A stretch of DNA of 64,000 nt, from positions 13,013-77,012 of IMG/VR virus record IMGVR_UViG_3300032259_000002; one strand, 5' to 3'. Both the position numbers and the translations under genes were made by a program. Positions 55,403 to 63,573 of this stretch are shown here, one piece after another; within the stretch, counting starts at the first letter, position 1, and each line of letters starts with the position of its first letter. Source of the DNA: a virus. Lineage: Duplodnaviria; Caudoviricetes. The notes below the pieces were generated by a model. That model searched no databases. It was not told the origin of the DNA and was given only the letters and a program-made list of their open reading frames with translations.

Positions 55403-56796
55403 CAGTTGTACTCCTCATTATAGTCTTCTAAAATATTCCAGTAACCAGATGACATTCTAATACTATCAAGACAAAATTGGCCAATATCATAATTCTGTGA
55501 AAGAAGAATTAAATCCCCTTTTCTATCATTCCTTCCTTTGTCAACATAAAGTCTTGCAAGATTAAGTTGGTATTCCAGTTTGGTTTGATTAAAAGTAATC
55601 AGATTATCAGAGATGGCCACTTTGGAATAATCTTCTGCCAGATGTTTCCTTGTTAGTACTTTTACTTCTTCTCCTCCCCGGTTAGCTTGAGAAGCAGTCA
55701 CCACAGCCATGTTATATTCAACAGCTAAACCACGAAGTTCTTTATACAGCCGGCCGGTATCTATTCTTAAATTTTTAGAATCAACAGACATAAGATCCGC
55801 ATAATCTACTATCAAAACATCAGGGAAGAAATTAAAGTGATATTGTAAACTTTCTATATAGGCCTTTAATTCTGAAATTGATAATTGGCCGGTAGGGAAT
55901 TCTTTTATTATATAATTTGGATTTCTTATCTTGGATATTTTTTTTTGTAATTGCTTTCTTACATCTGGATTGCTAAAAGTAAGCTCATTGGGTGGGGTTT
56001 CAAAAGTCAGATCAGTAAGCTTTCCCATATCATCGGTTACAAATATAGGTGTTTCTTTTTCAACTTTTCTTTTTGAAACACCAAATAAGGACTGCATATA
56101 TCTCATTGCGATTTTATCTTCAGACATCTCAAGAGTAATATGTAAAACTTTCTTTCTTTGAAGTAAGAGATGTTTTCCAACATGAATTAAAAACCAAGTC
56201 TTGCCCGTTCCTGGTAATCCAACTAATGTAAGCATCTCTTTAGGAGCAGGGCATATGCCCAAAGAATCAAGACCATCAATTCCCATTGGATAAAAATTGT
56301 CAACCCTGGTCAGAAACCTCAGAGATTTTGTAGGATCGTTTAAGCGTATGCCCGGATCAAAAAGCTCTATGTCTTTTTTTCTATAAGACTCAAGAGCAAC
56401 TTCCGCCTCATCTACTTTATCTTCCATCATTAACTGAGCGGCCTCTTTCAAACCTATCTTCAGATTTTGACCTCTGGTAAACTTGGACAAGCTTTTAAGA
56501 ACATACTCTGAATTAATATCATCTTTAAAATCATACAAATTAGAAAGAACCTCTTTGTATAGATTTCCTTTTTTCTTATCCTTGCCTTCAAGGATATGTT
56601 CTAAAACATCAGGGAGATGTTCCGCTATTGGCTTATTGAATTCATGATAATAGTTCAAGGCCTGAGAAGCTATATCTCGATAAACAGAAGATTCAAACAA
56701 ATCTACGGTGATGCTGTTTGATAAAATAGGTAAAGACTCCCCATCAAAGCAGACTAATACTAAAATGTTTTCTTGAAGTGATCCTGATAGATGCAT
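55402..56796 (-). CDS. dnaB: Replicative DnaB-like helicase
   Basis: GLPGTGKT, HITLEMS, IVDYAD, TASQANR. Confidence 0.92.
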   Translation of the reverse strand: MHLSGSLQENILVLVCFDGESLPILSNSITVDLFESSVYRDIASQALNYYHEFNKPIAEHLPDVLEHILEGKDKKKGNLYKEVLSNLYDFKDDINSEYVLKSLSKFTRGQNLKIGLKEAAQLMMEDKVDEAEVALESYRKKDIELFDPGIRLNDPTKSLRFLTRVDNFYPMGIDGLDSLGICPAPKEMLTLVGLPGTGKTWFLIHVGKHLLLQRKKVLHITLEMSEDKIAMRYMQSLFGVSKRKVEKETPIFVTDDMGKLTDLTFETPPNELTFSNPDVRKQLQKKISKIRNPNYIIKEFPTGQLSISELKAYIESLQYHFNFFPDVLIVDYADLMSVDSKNLRIDTGRLYKELRGLAVEYNMAVVTASQANRGGEEVKVLTRKHLAEDYSKVAISDNLITFNQTKLEYQLNLARLYVDKGRNDRKGDLILLSQNYDIGQFCLDSIRMSSGYWNILEDYNEEYN

Positions 56797-57245
56797 TAAT
56801 TATCTCTCCTTGGATAGGTATTTAAAATAGAGCTTATCATACTTTCGGTATCTATATGTAATGTCATTTCTTTGTAGTTTTTTTGAAAATACTCTTCTGC
56901 TGAATCTCCAAACTTCCGGGACATTCCCCTCCAATCAACCACCATCTGCCTTACATACTTCCGCGGCATAGGTACTGGCCTTCCATCAGATTTTACCCAG
57001 TAATCCCAATGATGCTTATTTCTCCTTTGATGCCGCAGCCATGCCTCTTCATAATTACTTTCTACCTGAAAATACTTATAACAATAATCCCCACCATAGA
57101 ATTTATCAGCATAGGCCTTAAACTCAGAAGGAAGAAACTTTGATAAATCATGAGTGAAAGCATGTAACCACAACCCCTCTTTCATTGCTTCCAAAAAGAC
57201 ATACCATTTATGCTGGAGTATATATTTAAAATAATTCCAATACAT
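56796..57245 (-). CDS. HD-like hypothetical protein (DUF5662-like)
   Basis: HKWYV, HDLSKF..EF..YA, AWLRHQRRNKHHWDYW, MVVDW. Confidence 0.7.
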   Translation of the reverse strand: MYWNYFKYILQHKWYVFLEAMKEGLWLHAFTHDLSKFLPSEFKAYADKFYGGDYCYKYFQVESNYEEAWLRHQRRNKHHWDYWVKSDGRPVPMPRKYVRQMVVDWRGMSRKFGDSAEEYFQKNYKEMTLHIDTESMISSILNTYPRRDN

Positions 57246-57256
57246 TTATTACTCCT

Positions 57257-58090
57257 TTAAGAATTAAAAATACTAAAAGCCTTTTTCATATGACCTGAAT
57301 ACTCAATTCCTTTTCCTGCAAGAAATTTCATTAACTTTCTCTCATTAAAACCAAAAGCATAGGCAGGTGGTACTTCAACATCATCATGGTAAGGAAGTCT
57401 TATCAATTTACTAAATAGATCTATAGTCTTTTTATGCTTCCTATAAGTTTTTCGGTAAGTCCCTTCTCTTATTATTTTAAAGGCCGTTACTTCTCCTATT
57501 CCTCTGATCCCTGGGAGATCATTATGGGTACCGGCCATAGTAAGAATCCTTAACCAATCTTCAAGCGATAAATCAGGATACTCCTTTTTAAATTCTTCAA
57601 AACCATAGAGCCCTGATTCTTTGTTTCCCTTCTTTGATTTAAAATAAACATTTCCGAATTTGAAAAGCTGATACAAATCATCATCATTGCTGGCTACTAT
57701 TACCTGATCAAACTCTTTATGATATTTTTTACAGGCAATGGCAATAAGATCATCGGCCTCTAGTCCTTTTTCTTCCCAATAATCAATGCTCATCAATTCT
57801 AAAAAATCTAAAGCAAATTGCCTATTCTGAGCAATGGCTTTTTCCCTGTCCGGGTCTTTCTGCCTGGCTCTTCTTAATTTATAATCAGGATAGTCTTTTG
57901 ATCTCAAATAAGGCGGTGAATCAGAACACACTATTACATGGGGTGTTGGGTATTTAGAAAGAAGAGTGCTTAGCTGATTAATGAAACCATAAACTCCACC
58001 GGTACTTTTGCCGGCAAAATGAAGACTATCATGGACGTTAAAAGCTCGGTAAAGTAAATTATTGAAATCTACCAATAGTAATCTCTTCAA
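57257..58090 (-). CDS. 5'-3' exonuclease (PolI N-terminal/RNase H-like)
   Basis: LLVDFNNLLYRAF, GLEADD, DDDLYQL, NDLPGIRGIGEVTA. Confidence 0.92.
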   Translation of the reverse strand: MKRLLLVDFNNLLYRAFNVHDSLHFAGKSTGGVYGFINQLSTLLSKYPTPHVIVCSDSPPYLRSKDYPDYKLRRARQKDPDREKAIAQNRQFALDFLELMSIDYWEEKGLEADDLIAIACKKYHKEFDQVIVASNDDDLYQLFKFGNVYFKSKKGNKESGLYGFEEFKKEYPDLSLEDWLRILTMAGTHNDLPGIRGIGEVTAFKIIREGTYRKTYRKHKKTIDLFSKLIRLPYHDDVEVPPAYAFGFNERKLMKFLAGKGIEYSGHMKKAFSIFNS

Positions 58091-58476
58091 TTAAAAAATC
58101 CTCCTCTCTTTATTGTTTCTTTTTTCTCTGATTTTCTAGTCCTTTTTACTCTTTTAATTCTTCTAACTCTTTTCTCCTTTTTAACTCTTCTTACTCTCTC
58201 TGGTTTTGCTCTCTCTATGAGTTCAAAAAAAGGATCTTCTAATTTAACAACATTACCGCTATTAGGCATATTTAAAAAAGTATAACCAAATATACCCAAG
58301 TCTTCTTTTACCCAATTAACTCTGGCTTTATAATTTGTTCTTTTGCATAGTATTATATCATTTTTCTGGAACACGGAAATCTCACCATCTAGTAGAGTTG
58401 TATGGAAAGCAACTAAATATATCCCAATCTTTTCTGGCGACTTCAATGAAACAAGGTATATTCTTGAACCTATCAT
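58087..58476 (-). CDS. Basic hypothetical protein (true start probably downstream of 58476)
   Basis: Arg/Lys-rich C-terminus; the annotated start overlaps the neighbour by about 95 bp. Confidence 0.5.
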   Translation of the reverse strand: MIGSRIYLVSLKSPEKIGIYLVAFHTTLLDGEISVFQKNDIILCKRTNYKARVNWVKEDLGIFGYTFLNMPNSGNVVKLEDPFFELIERAKPERVRRVKKEKRVRRIKRVKRTRKSEKKETIKRGGFFN

Positions 58477-58681
58477 CTACTAAAATAGGTTTTAAAATCT
58501 CCCTATGTCTCTCATCCACTAAAAAACCTTCCTGATCATTTTCACATCTAAGTAGTTTATTAATATGCGAACCGGAAATTATCTGATCACCTAGATAATT
58601 AACAAAAGAAACTTTTGGTATTTTTGGAATATCTTTAAATTTCTCTATAATGGCATCCAGAGCCTTAGATACATCACTCAT
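58382..58681 (-). CDS. Hypothetical protein
   Basis: 99 aa; GGAGG RBS. Confidence 0.55.
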   Translation of the reverse strand: MSDVSKALDAIIEKFKDIPKIPKVSFVNYLGDQIISGSHINKLLRCENDQEGFLVDERHREILKPILVDDRFKNIPCFIEVARKDWDIFSCFPYNSTRW

Positions 58682-58802
58682 GATCTTCCTCCTTAAAGTA
58701 AGGACAATTCCAAAATTTATAATTAAGATATAAAAAAGCCACTAAAATGAATAAATAAATAATGATAAAATAAACTTTATTTTCTAAAACAAATTCTAAC
58801 AT
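58674..58802 (-). CDS. Small single-pass membrane protein (42 aa)
   Basis: MLEFVLENKVYFIIIYLFILVAFLYLNYKFW... Confidence 0.45.
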   Translation of the reverse strand: MLEFVLENKVYFIIIYLFILVAFLYLNYKFWNCPYFKEEDHE

Positions 58803-58804
58803 TT

Positions 58805-59569
58805 TTAACCCTCCTCATCTCTCCAATCATCGGAGAATATAAATTTATGAATCTGAAGATTGTACCCAATTCCCCAAAGCGGGCAAATACTATCCTTCAT
58901 CCAATTAAAAAGTTCAGAAGCATCAATTCCCCCACCACAGGGGCTGAAATAGATCTTGGCTTGAGAATTAAATCTTATAAAACCTGCCGCCTTAATAGCG
59001 TTAATAAAATCTAATCTATCTGAAATAACAAATTTTACAAAACAATTACTTGGTAAATCCATGTAATTAACCGGCTTCACTTTAGTGGAGACTTTCCCAG
59101 CAGATGGTAGTTTCCAATCCAGTATAAAAGATAGATTATCCTCTTTTCCTACACGGCTGGCATGTTGAAGAAGATCTTCAACATCATGTAGACCATTTGT
59201 CTCTATTGTTATGAAGTAATCCCTTAATAAAAGCTTCTGTATTAAAGATATCATAGAGCTTCCATATGATTCAAAAGGCTCTCCTCCGGTTATAGTTATT
59301 TTCCTGACTCCTCTACCTATCTTTTCCACTTTATCCAGAATATAACTGACAGATAAATCCTCTCCCCCTTTCCAAGAATATTTGGTATCGCAATACTTAC
59401 AACCAGCAGTGCAACCGGCAAACCTTATAAAGACCGACCAAGCCCCCTGGGCCTTTGGATTTACTTCCCCATCTACTGATAAAAAGATAGATGTTATTTT
59501 TAGCATTTCATTTTTTAAAGAAATCCCACCTGTCCCACTGCCCTTTATTTCAAAATCACCTTCCTTCAT
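58805..59569 (-). CDS. queE: 7-carboxy-7-deazaguanine synthase (radical SAM)
   Basis: IFLSVDGE, FIRFAGCTAGCKYCDT (CxxxCxxC), ITITGGEP, IETNG, DWKLPS, KFVI, LQIHK. Confidence 0.95.
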   Translation of the reverse strand: MKEGDFEIKGSGTGGISLKNEMLKITSIFLSVDGEVNPKAQGAWSVFIRFAGCTAGCKYCDTKYSWKGGEDLSVSYILDKVEKIGRGVRKITITGGEPFESYGSSMISLIQKLLLRDYFITIETNGLHDVEDLLQHASRVGKEDNLSFILDWKLPSAGKVSTKVKPVNYMDLPSNCFVKFVISDRLDFINAIKAAGFIRFNSQAKIYFSPCGGGIDASELFNWMKDSICPLWGIGYNLQIHKFIFSDDWRDEEG

Positions 59570-59736
59570 TTATTATTCTCCTTTTTTAATTTAAGAAATT
59601 CACTCTTAATATCTGAGGCATTTCCCCTAGAAATACCCAATCTTTCCGATAACACTATGTAAGTCAAGGAAGGATCTTTCTCTAAAATCTCAAAAGCCCT
59701 TTTTCTTCTTTCTTTGAGTTTTGTACGCCTATTCAT
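59566..59736 (-). CDS. Small HTH DNA-binding protein (56 aa)
   Basis: Hand translation ...ILEKDPSLTYIVLSERLGISRGNASDIK...; ATGA overlap with queE. Confidence 0.6.
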   Translation of the reverse strand: MNRRTKLKERRKRAFEILEKDPSLTYIVLSERLGISRGNASDIKSEFLKLKKENNK

Positions 59737-60244
59737 TTAATTTAACCCTTTCTTTCTTATTCATATATTTGGATTCTATTATTCTGAAAAGAATCCCTGA
59801 CGAGCTATATCCCGGAAATTCTCTTTCTATCAAAGAAGGTAAATTTTTAAAATTAGCTATCAAAGTATTCAAATTCAAGGGAACGGGGCTTTTATCAAAA
59901 TCATTTATAGTTATCTTAGTTGCTATTAAGTAGAAACGTAATCTGCATGGCCTGCCCTGGGCCTTATCCTTAAAAGCTGTTTCTGTATAATCAACCATCT
60001 CATTAAAAACTGATTTAAAATTCTTATAAGCAGTCTGTTTCATAAATATGTGAAAAGGAGGTTGTTTCTTTTTCAATCTACTACTTAACTCGTTAATTAT
60101 GATATTGTAAAAAAACTCCTCATCAGTTCTGGAATTTTTATTTTCTTTAGAAGAAAGGAGGAAGGATATTCTTGTTTGTATTTCCTCAAGTTCCTTTTTA
60201 TTTAAAGATGGAAGTTTTTTTATTATTTCTTTTGTTTTATTCAT
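59729..60244 (-). CDS. Hypothetical protein
   Basis: 171 aa, downstream of the GGTATTATATTTAAAGGAT motif. Confidence 0.65.
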   Translation of the reverse strand: MNKTKEIIKKLPSLNKKELEEIQTRISFLLSSKENKNSRTDEEFFYNIIINELSSRLKKKQPPFHIFMKQTAYKNFKSVFNEMVDYTETAFKDKAQGRPCRLRFYLIATKITINDFDKSPVPLNLNTLIANFKNLPSLIEREFPGYSSSGILFRIIESKYMNKKERVKLNE

Positions 60245-60411
60245 TTTATTTTTATTAAAAGATCCTTTAAATATAATACCTTTTTTTCAAAAGAAAAGAG
60301 GCGACTGAAAGGAGCCCCACCAACGGTGGTATCTATTATAGATTTATTATTATAAATATATATAATAAGGGTCTGAGTTTCTTTTTAAAATCAATAGGTT
60401 ACACAATAAAA

Positions 60412-60486
60412 CATATCCCGACTTATAGTACCACCATATCTCGACTTATAGTAGTTTTGCTTTAAATCATATCTCAACTTATAGTA
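60412..60486. repeat. Three 19-bp iteron-like direct repeats (putative replication origin)
   Basis: catatc(c/t)c(g/a)acttatagta at 60412, 60435 and 60468; AT-rich tract at about 60331-60370. Confidence 0.85.
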
Positions 60487-60496
60487 TTATATTAGG

Positions 60497-61417
60497 TTAA
60501 AAATCTTTTATAGTTTTTCCTGCTTCAGAATAAAAAATAATATTATTTTTTTCAAATCTTAATTGATAATCATAATGACATTTAGCATTAATTACCCCTA
60601 AAGCTTTTTTTATTTTCTGCCTCAAAGAGAATAGAGGTGATTTACTATAACCTATCCGATAACAAACAGTTTCTAGATCACGAGCAACCTCCTTTCCTTT
60701 ATAAAACATCTCTTTCCGCCAGGGCTCAAGTAAATTTCTAAGATTTAATTCTACTTCTGAAAGTTTTTTATATAATTCCAATTCATTAATCACAAAATGA
60801 GATTCATGCATATTGATCCATTTTTTTGAGAATTCTATATGTATGAGGTATTCGTCTTCAGCTACATTATCATCCTCCATATAATCCAGAGAATTAAAGA
60901 TCCTGAAAGATCGGATACCTTCAATTTTCTTTTTTCGTTTAGGATTATAATAACTATCATTGAAGTAGAGAGTAGTGTTGTATATCTTATACAAAGACTC
61001 TTTTACTCTTTCATAATAAAAAGTATTATTAGTGGGCAATTTTAAGAATTTAAGAAGATGATACATTGATTTGAATTTTAAAGAAGAATTACCTATACTA
61101 TTTTTTATAAAAACTTTATCTTTTTTTAATTTTCTATTTCTTAACTGAAGATAGGCTAACAAGCCGAAAAGAACCTGGCCATCGGTTTTGCTTAATGCTG
61201 TTATTCTCTTTCCTTTTAAAGTAAGAGATCCAAAACCTATAACATAATTAAGCTCGCCATCTTTGTCATAATTTCCAACACCCCAAACCTGAGAACCGGT
61301 AGGGAGAGTATGATTTTCTAATTTCTTGGTATGTGGGTAAATGATGGGGTAATTGCAATGATTATTTGATATTGAAACAAAGTCAGGAACGGTATTAGAT
61401 CTTTTAATTCTATTCAT
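60497..61417 (-). CDS. Plasmid-type replication initiator (Rep, winged-helix); probable start MNRIK
   Basis: ALSKTDGQVLFGLL, SMYHLLKFLKL...YERVKESL..IYNTTL, IEFSKKW, ELELYKKL, LRQKIKKAL match the initiator Rep pattern; iterons immediately downstream; GAGG RBS before 61417. Confidence 0.65.
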   Translation of the reverse strand: MNRIKRSNTVPDFVSISNNHCNYPIIYPHTKKLENHTLPTGSQVWGVGNYDKDGELNYVIGFGSLTLKGKRITALSKTDGQVLFGLLAYLQLRNRKLKKDKVFIKNSIGNSSLKFKSMYHLLKFLKLPTNNTFYYERVKESLYKIYNTTLYFNDSYYNPKRKKKIEGIRSFRIFNSLDYMEDDNVAEDEYLIHIEFSKKWINMHESHFVINELELYKKLSEVELNLRNLLEPWRKEMFYKGKEVARDLETVCYRIGYSKSPLFSLRQKIKKALGVINAKCHYDYQLRFEKNNIIFYSEAGKTIKDF

Positions 61418-61634
61418 CTGAGACCTCATTTTTCCACCATCTTTTACTAAAAGAACCCTTACCGAATATTCTCTGATAATTGGAAATAGCCAGCATACAG
61501 AAAGACTTTGGTAGATCATTAATACGATCATCGGAAGTCTCATTAAAAGTCACCAGGTCACCGGAATCTTCAATATATATTTCTTTTCTTGGCGCTTCTA
61601 ATCCTTCTTCCCATTCCATAAGGATACCTTTCAT
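61410..61634 (-). CDS. Hypothetical protein
   Basis: 74 aa, first gene after a sigma70 promoter. Confidence 0.55.
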   Translation of the reverse strand: MKGILMEWEEGLEAPRKEIYIEDSGDLVTFNETSDDRINDLPKSFCMLAISNYQRIFGKGSFSKRWWKNEVSDE

Positions 61635-61649
61635 TTATATAAAAAATTT

Positions 61650-61678
61650 ATTATATAACCTAACTTAAATAAAATCAA
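61650..61678 (-). promoter_or_regulatory. Sigma70-like promoter for the rep operon
   Basis: TTGATT - 17 bp - TATAAT. Confidence 0.65.
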
Positions 61679-61698
61679 ATTAAAAATAAAAAGATGAA

Positions 61699-61777
61699 TG
61701 CCGGCAAGGGTTTAAGGGAGGTAAGAGTTAAGAGAATTCCCTTGGAGGAGGTATCAAGTCCGAACCGCTTGCCGGCA
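61699..61777 (-). ncRNA. Candidate structured RNA: GC stem enclosing a CU-rich loop
   Basis: TGCCGGCAAG/CTTGCCGGCA 10-bp stem plus GGTT/AACC; the loop has CCTCC motifs; T-rich tract downstream. Confidence 0.4.
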
Positions 61778-61786
61778 AAATGAAGA

Positions 61787-61882
61787 TCAGTCTTTGGGTT
61801 TTTTATAAAGAATGAGCAGCATAAGTACTGCCACAGAATAACCAATAATAAAAGATAATAACATACTAAGCTCACTAAACAT
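61787..61882 (-). CDS. Small single-pass membrane protein (31 aa)
   Basis: AAAGGAG RBS; MFSELSMLLSFIIGYSVAVLMLLILYKKPKD. Confidence 0.5.
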   Translation of the reverse strand: MFSELSMLLSFIIGYSVAVLMLLILYKKPKD

Positions 61883-61910
61883 AAATACTCCTTTAATTAC
61901 CTTTTAATTT

Positions 61911-62519
61911 TTAAATAAGTACAGCCCCTTTTGGTATAACCGGATTAAATACTTTAACTTCTACCTTACCCTTTCCTTTACAATCAGGGCATTTATGAGG
62001 AGCATCTATATTTATAAACTTAACACCAATACCATTGCAATCAAAACAGTAGACATGCTTCCAGATACCAGAGCCAGAACAAACCCTACAAGACACTTTT
62101 CTTCCTGATCGTAGGGTAAATCCCCCCTTATCGCAAAATTTACATTTCAAAGGCTTTCTTCCATTATCACAGGAAGGACATCTTTGAAGACCTTTATATA
62201 CCTTTTGAAAAGCAGAACCAGTGCCCTTACACGTTTTACAAGTATCGGAAAGATCAAAAAGATCATTCTCTTTCTCTTCTAAAGATTCCGAGGTATTATT
62301 AAAAATGTCTCTGGTTAGATTTTTAAGGTGTTGGTAGGCCTCTATTATTTCAGCAGTCTTTTCTTTATCATTGATACCAGTATCAGCATGATACCTCCTA
62401 ACAAGAATTTTAAATTTTGTTTTAAGCTCTTCTTCAGTAAAAGGATAAGAATCTATACCCAGAACCTGCATGTATGTTCTGGTGGCTCCTCCTATGTTAA
62501 TATTAATTGAACTATCCAT
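61911..62519 (-). CDS. DnaJ-like protein (J-domain plus CxxCxGxG zinc fingers)
   Basis: YMQVLGI...EELKTKFKILVRRYHADTG...IIEAYQHL; six CxxC motifs. Confidence 0.75.
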   Translation of the reverse strand: MDSSININIGGATRTYMQVLGIDSYPFTEEELKTKFKILVRRYHADTGINDKEKTAEIIEAYQHLKNLTRDIFNNTSESLEEKENDLFDLSDTCKTCKGTGSAFQKVYKGLQRCPSCDNGRKPLKCKFCDKGGFTLRSGRKVSCRVCSGSGIWKHVYCFDCNGIGVKFINIDAPHKCPDCKGKGKVEVKVFNPVIPKGAVLI

Positions 62520-62537
62520 TATCTTTTCCTTTCTTTC

Positions 62538-63017
62538 TTAATACATTTTTGGGAAATAAATTCCTTCAAGATCACTAACGATACACTCAAGCTCACTCTT
62601 CAAAAATTCTAATTCTTCAAAAAAAGAATCATCCAAGGAAGTATCAATAGAATCAAAATCCAATTCCCCGAAAGCATCTACTGCTTGCCTTAAGGAATCA
62701 GCACAATCACTGACTTCTGAATATTTATCAGTATTCTCAAGAGAGGTGCCTTCCAGATTATCTCTCCAATTTTCCATTTCTTCGGCAAGGGCTTCTACTT
62801 CTGAAAAATCAAAAGAAGTCAGAGGACCGGCCTCCTTAATTTTTTCTAATTCTTCTTGTAAAGAAGCTATATCCTGGATTACCTCATCAAGCCTGGCTTG
62901 CCTGCTTTTGTATTTAGGCCTTGGAATTCTTTTATAAATAATACCATCTCTTTCGATTTTCATTTTTCTGGTATCTTCTGTGATGATCTGACCGTCATCA
63001 CTTTTAAAATTAGCCAT
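62538..63017 (-). CDS. Acidic coiled-coil hypothetical protein
   Basis: 159 aa; [18 protein letters not shown]. Confidence 0.65.
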   Translation of the reverse strand: MANFKSDDGQIITEDTRKMKIERDGIIYKRIPRPKYKSRQARLDEVIQDIASLQEELEKIKEAGPLTSFDFSEVEALAEEMENWRDNLEGTSLENTDKYSEVSDCADSLRQAVDAFGELDFDSIDTSLDDSFFEELEFLKSELECIVSDLEGIYFPKMY

Positions 63018-63573
63018 TTTTCATAACCTCCTTATACTTTTTTAGATATTCCCCAAAACCCTTAGAAGATAGTATTTTAAAAATATGAGTCATGGGTGTT
63101 TTAGCAAATCTTTTTACTATAGTACCCCAGCAAGGTAAATGTATGGATATTTGCCCTATAATTTCCCATTCTGATTTTTTAAAAGTCTCGATCTTTTCTC
63201 TTCTTATAAGTTCTAAAAATATCTGATGTATTTCGGAATAATTTTCGGCCCCATAAAGATTGGCCCCACGAAGATTGGCCCCACGAAGATTGGCCCCACG
63301 AAGATCGGCCCCAGTAAGATTGGCCCCAGTAAGATTGGCCCCATAAAGATCGGCCCAACGAAGATCGGCCCCATAAAGATCGGCCCCACGAAGATCGGCC
63401 CCATAAAGATCGGCCCCAGTAAGATTGGCCCCAGTAAGATTGGCCCCATAAAGATTGGCCCCATAAAGATTGGCCCTTTCTTCCACCGCTTTAATAAGAA
63501 CTTCCTTTAGATCATACCCCTCCTTTTCATATATTACGTTACCGTTATATCTCGATTTAATTTGAAATAACAT
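63010..63573 (-). CDS. Pentapeptide repeat protein
   Basis: About 15 A[ND]L[YTR]G units, visible as 15-bp tandem repeats at about 63250-63475. Confidence 0.92.
   Translation of the reverse strand: MLFQIKSRYNGNVIYEKEGYDLKEVLIKAVEERANLYGANLYGANLTGANLTGADLYGADLRGADLYGADLRWADLYGANLTGANLTGADLRGANLRGANLRGANLYGAENYSEIHQIFLELIRREKIETFKKSEWEIIGQISIHLPCWGTIVKRFAKTPMTHIFKILSSKGFGEYLKKYKEVMKNG

Noticed and set aside
1143-60000. Plus-strand ORFs listed in the track
   Set aside because: They lie antisense to well-supported minus-strand genes and lack RBSs or recognisable motifs.
60412-60486. CRISPR mini-array
   Set aside because: Repeats are 19 bp with 4- and 14-bp gaps, too short for spacers, and no cas genes are present. 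An iteron interpretation fits better.
61755-61775. tRNA-like GGTTCG motif
   Set aside because: No T-stem, acceptor stem or anticodon arm can be formed. No tRNA genes were recognised anywhere in the window.
61675-61875. 66-aa minus-strand ORF in the track
   Set aside because: It has no RBS and runs over a promoter and a hairpin. The overlapping 31-aa ORF at 61787-61882 has a clear RBS.
63226-63510. + strand KIGP-repeat ORF and the alternative-frame MGPI ORF (63213-63464)
   Set aside because: Both are shadows of the 15-bp pentapeptide repeat gene.
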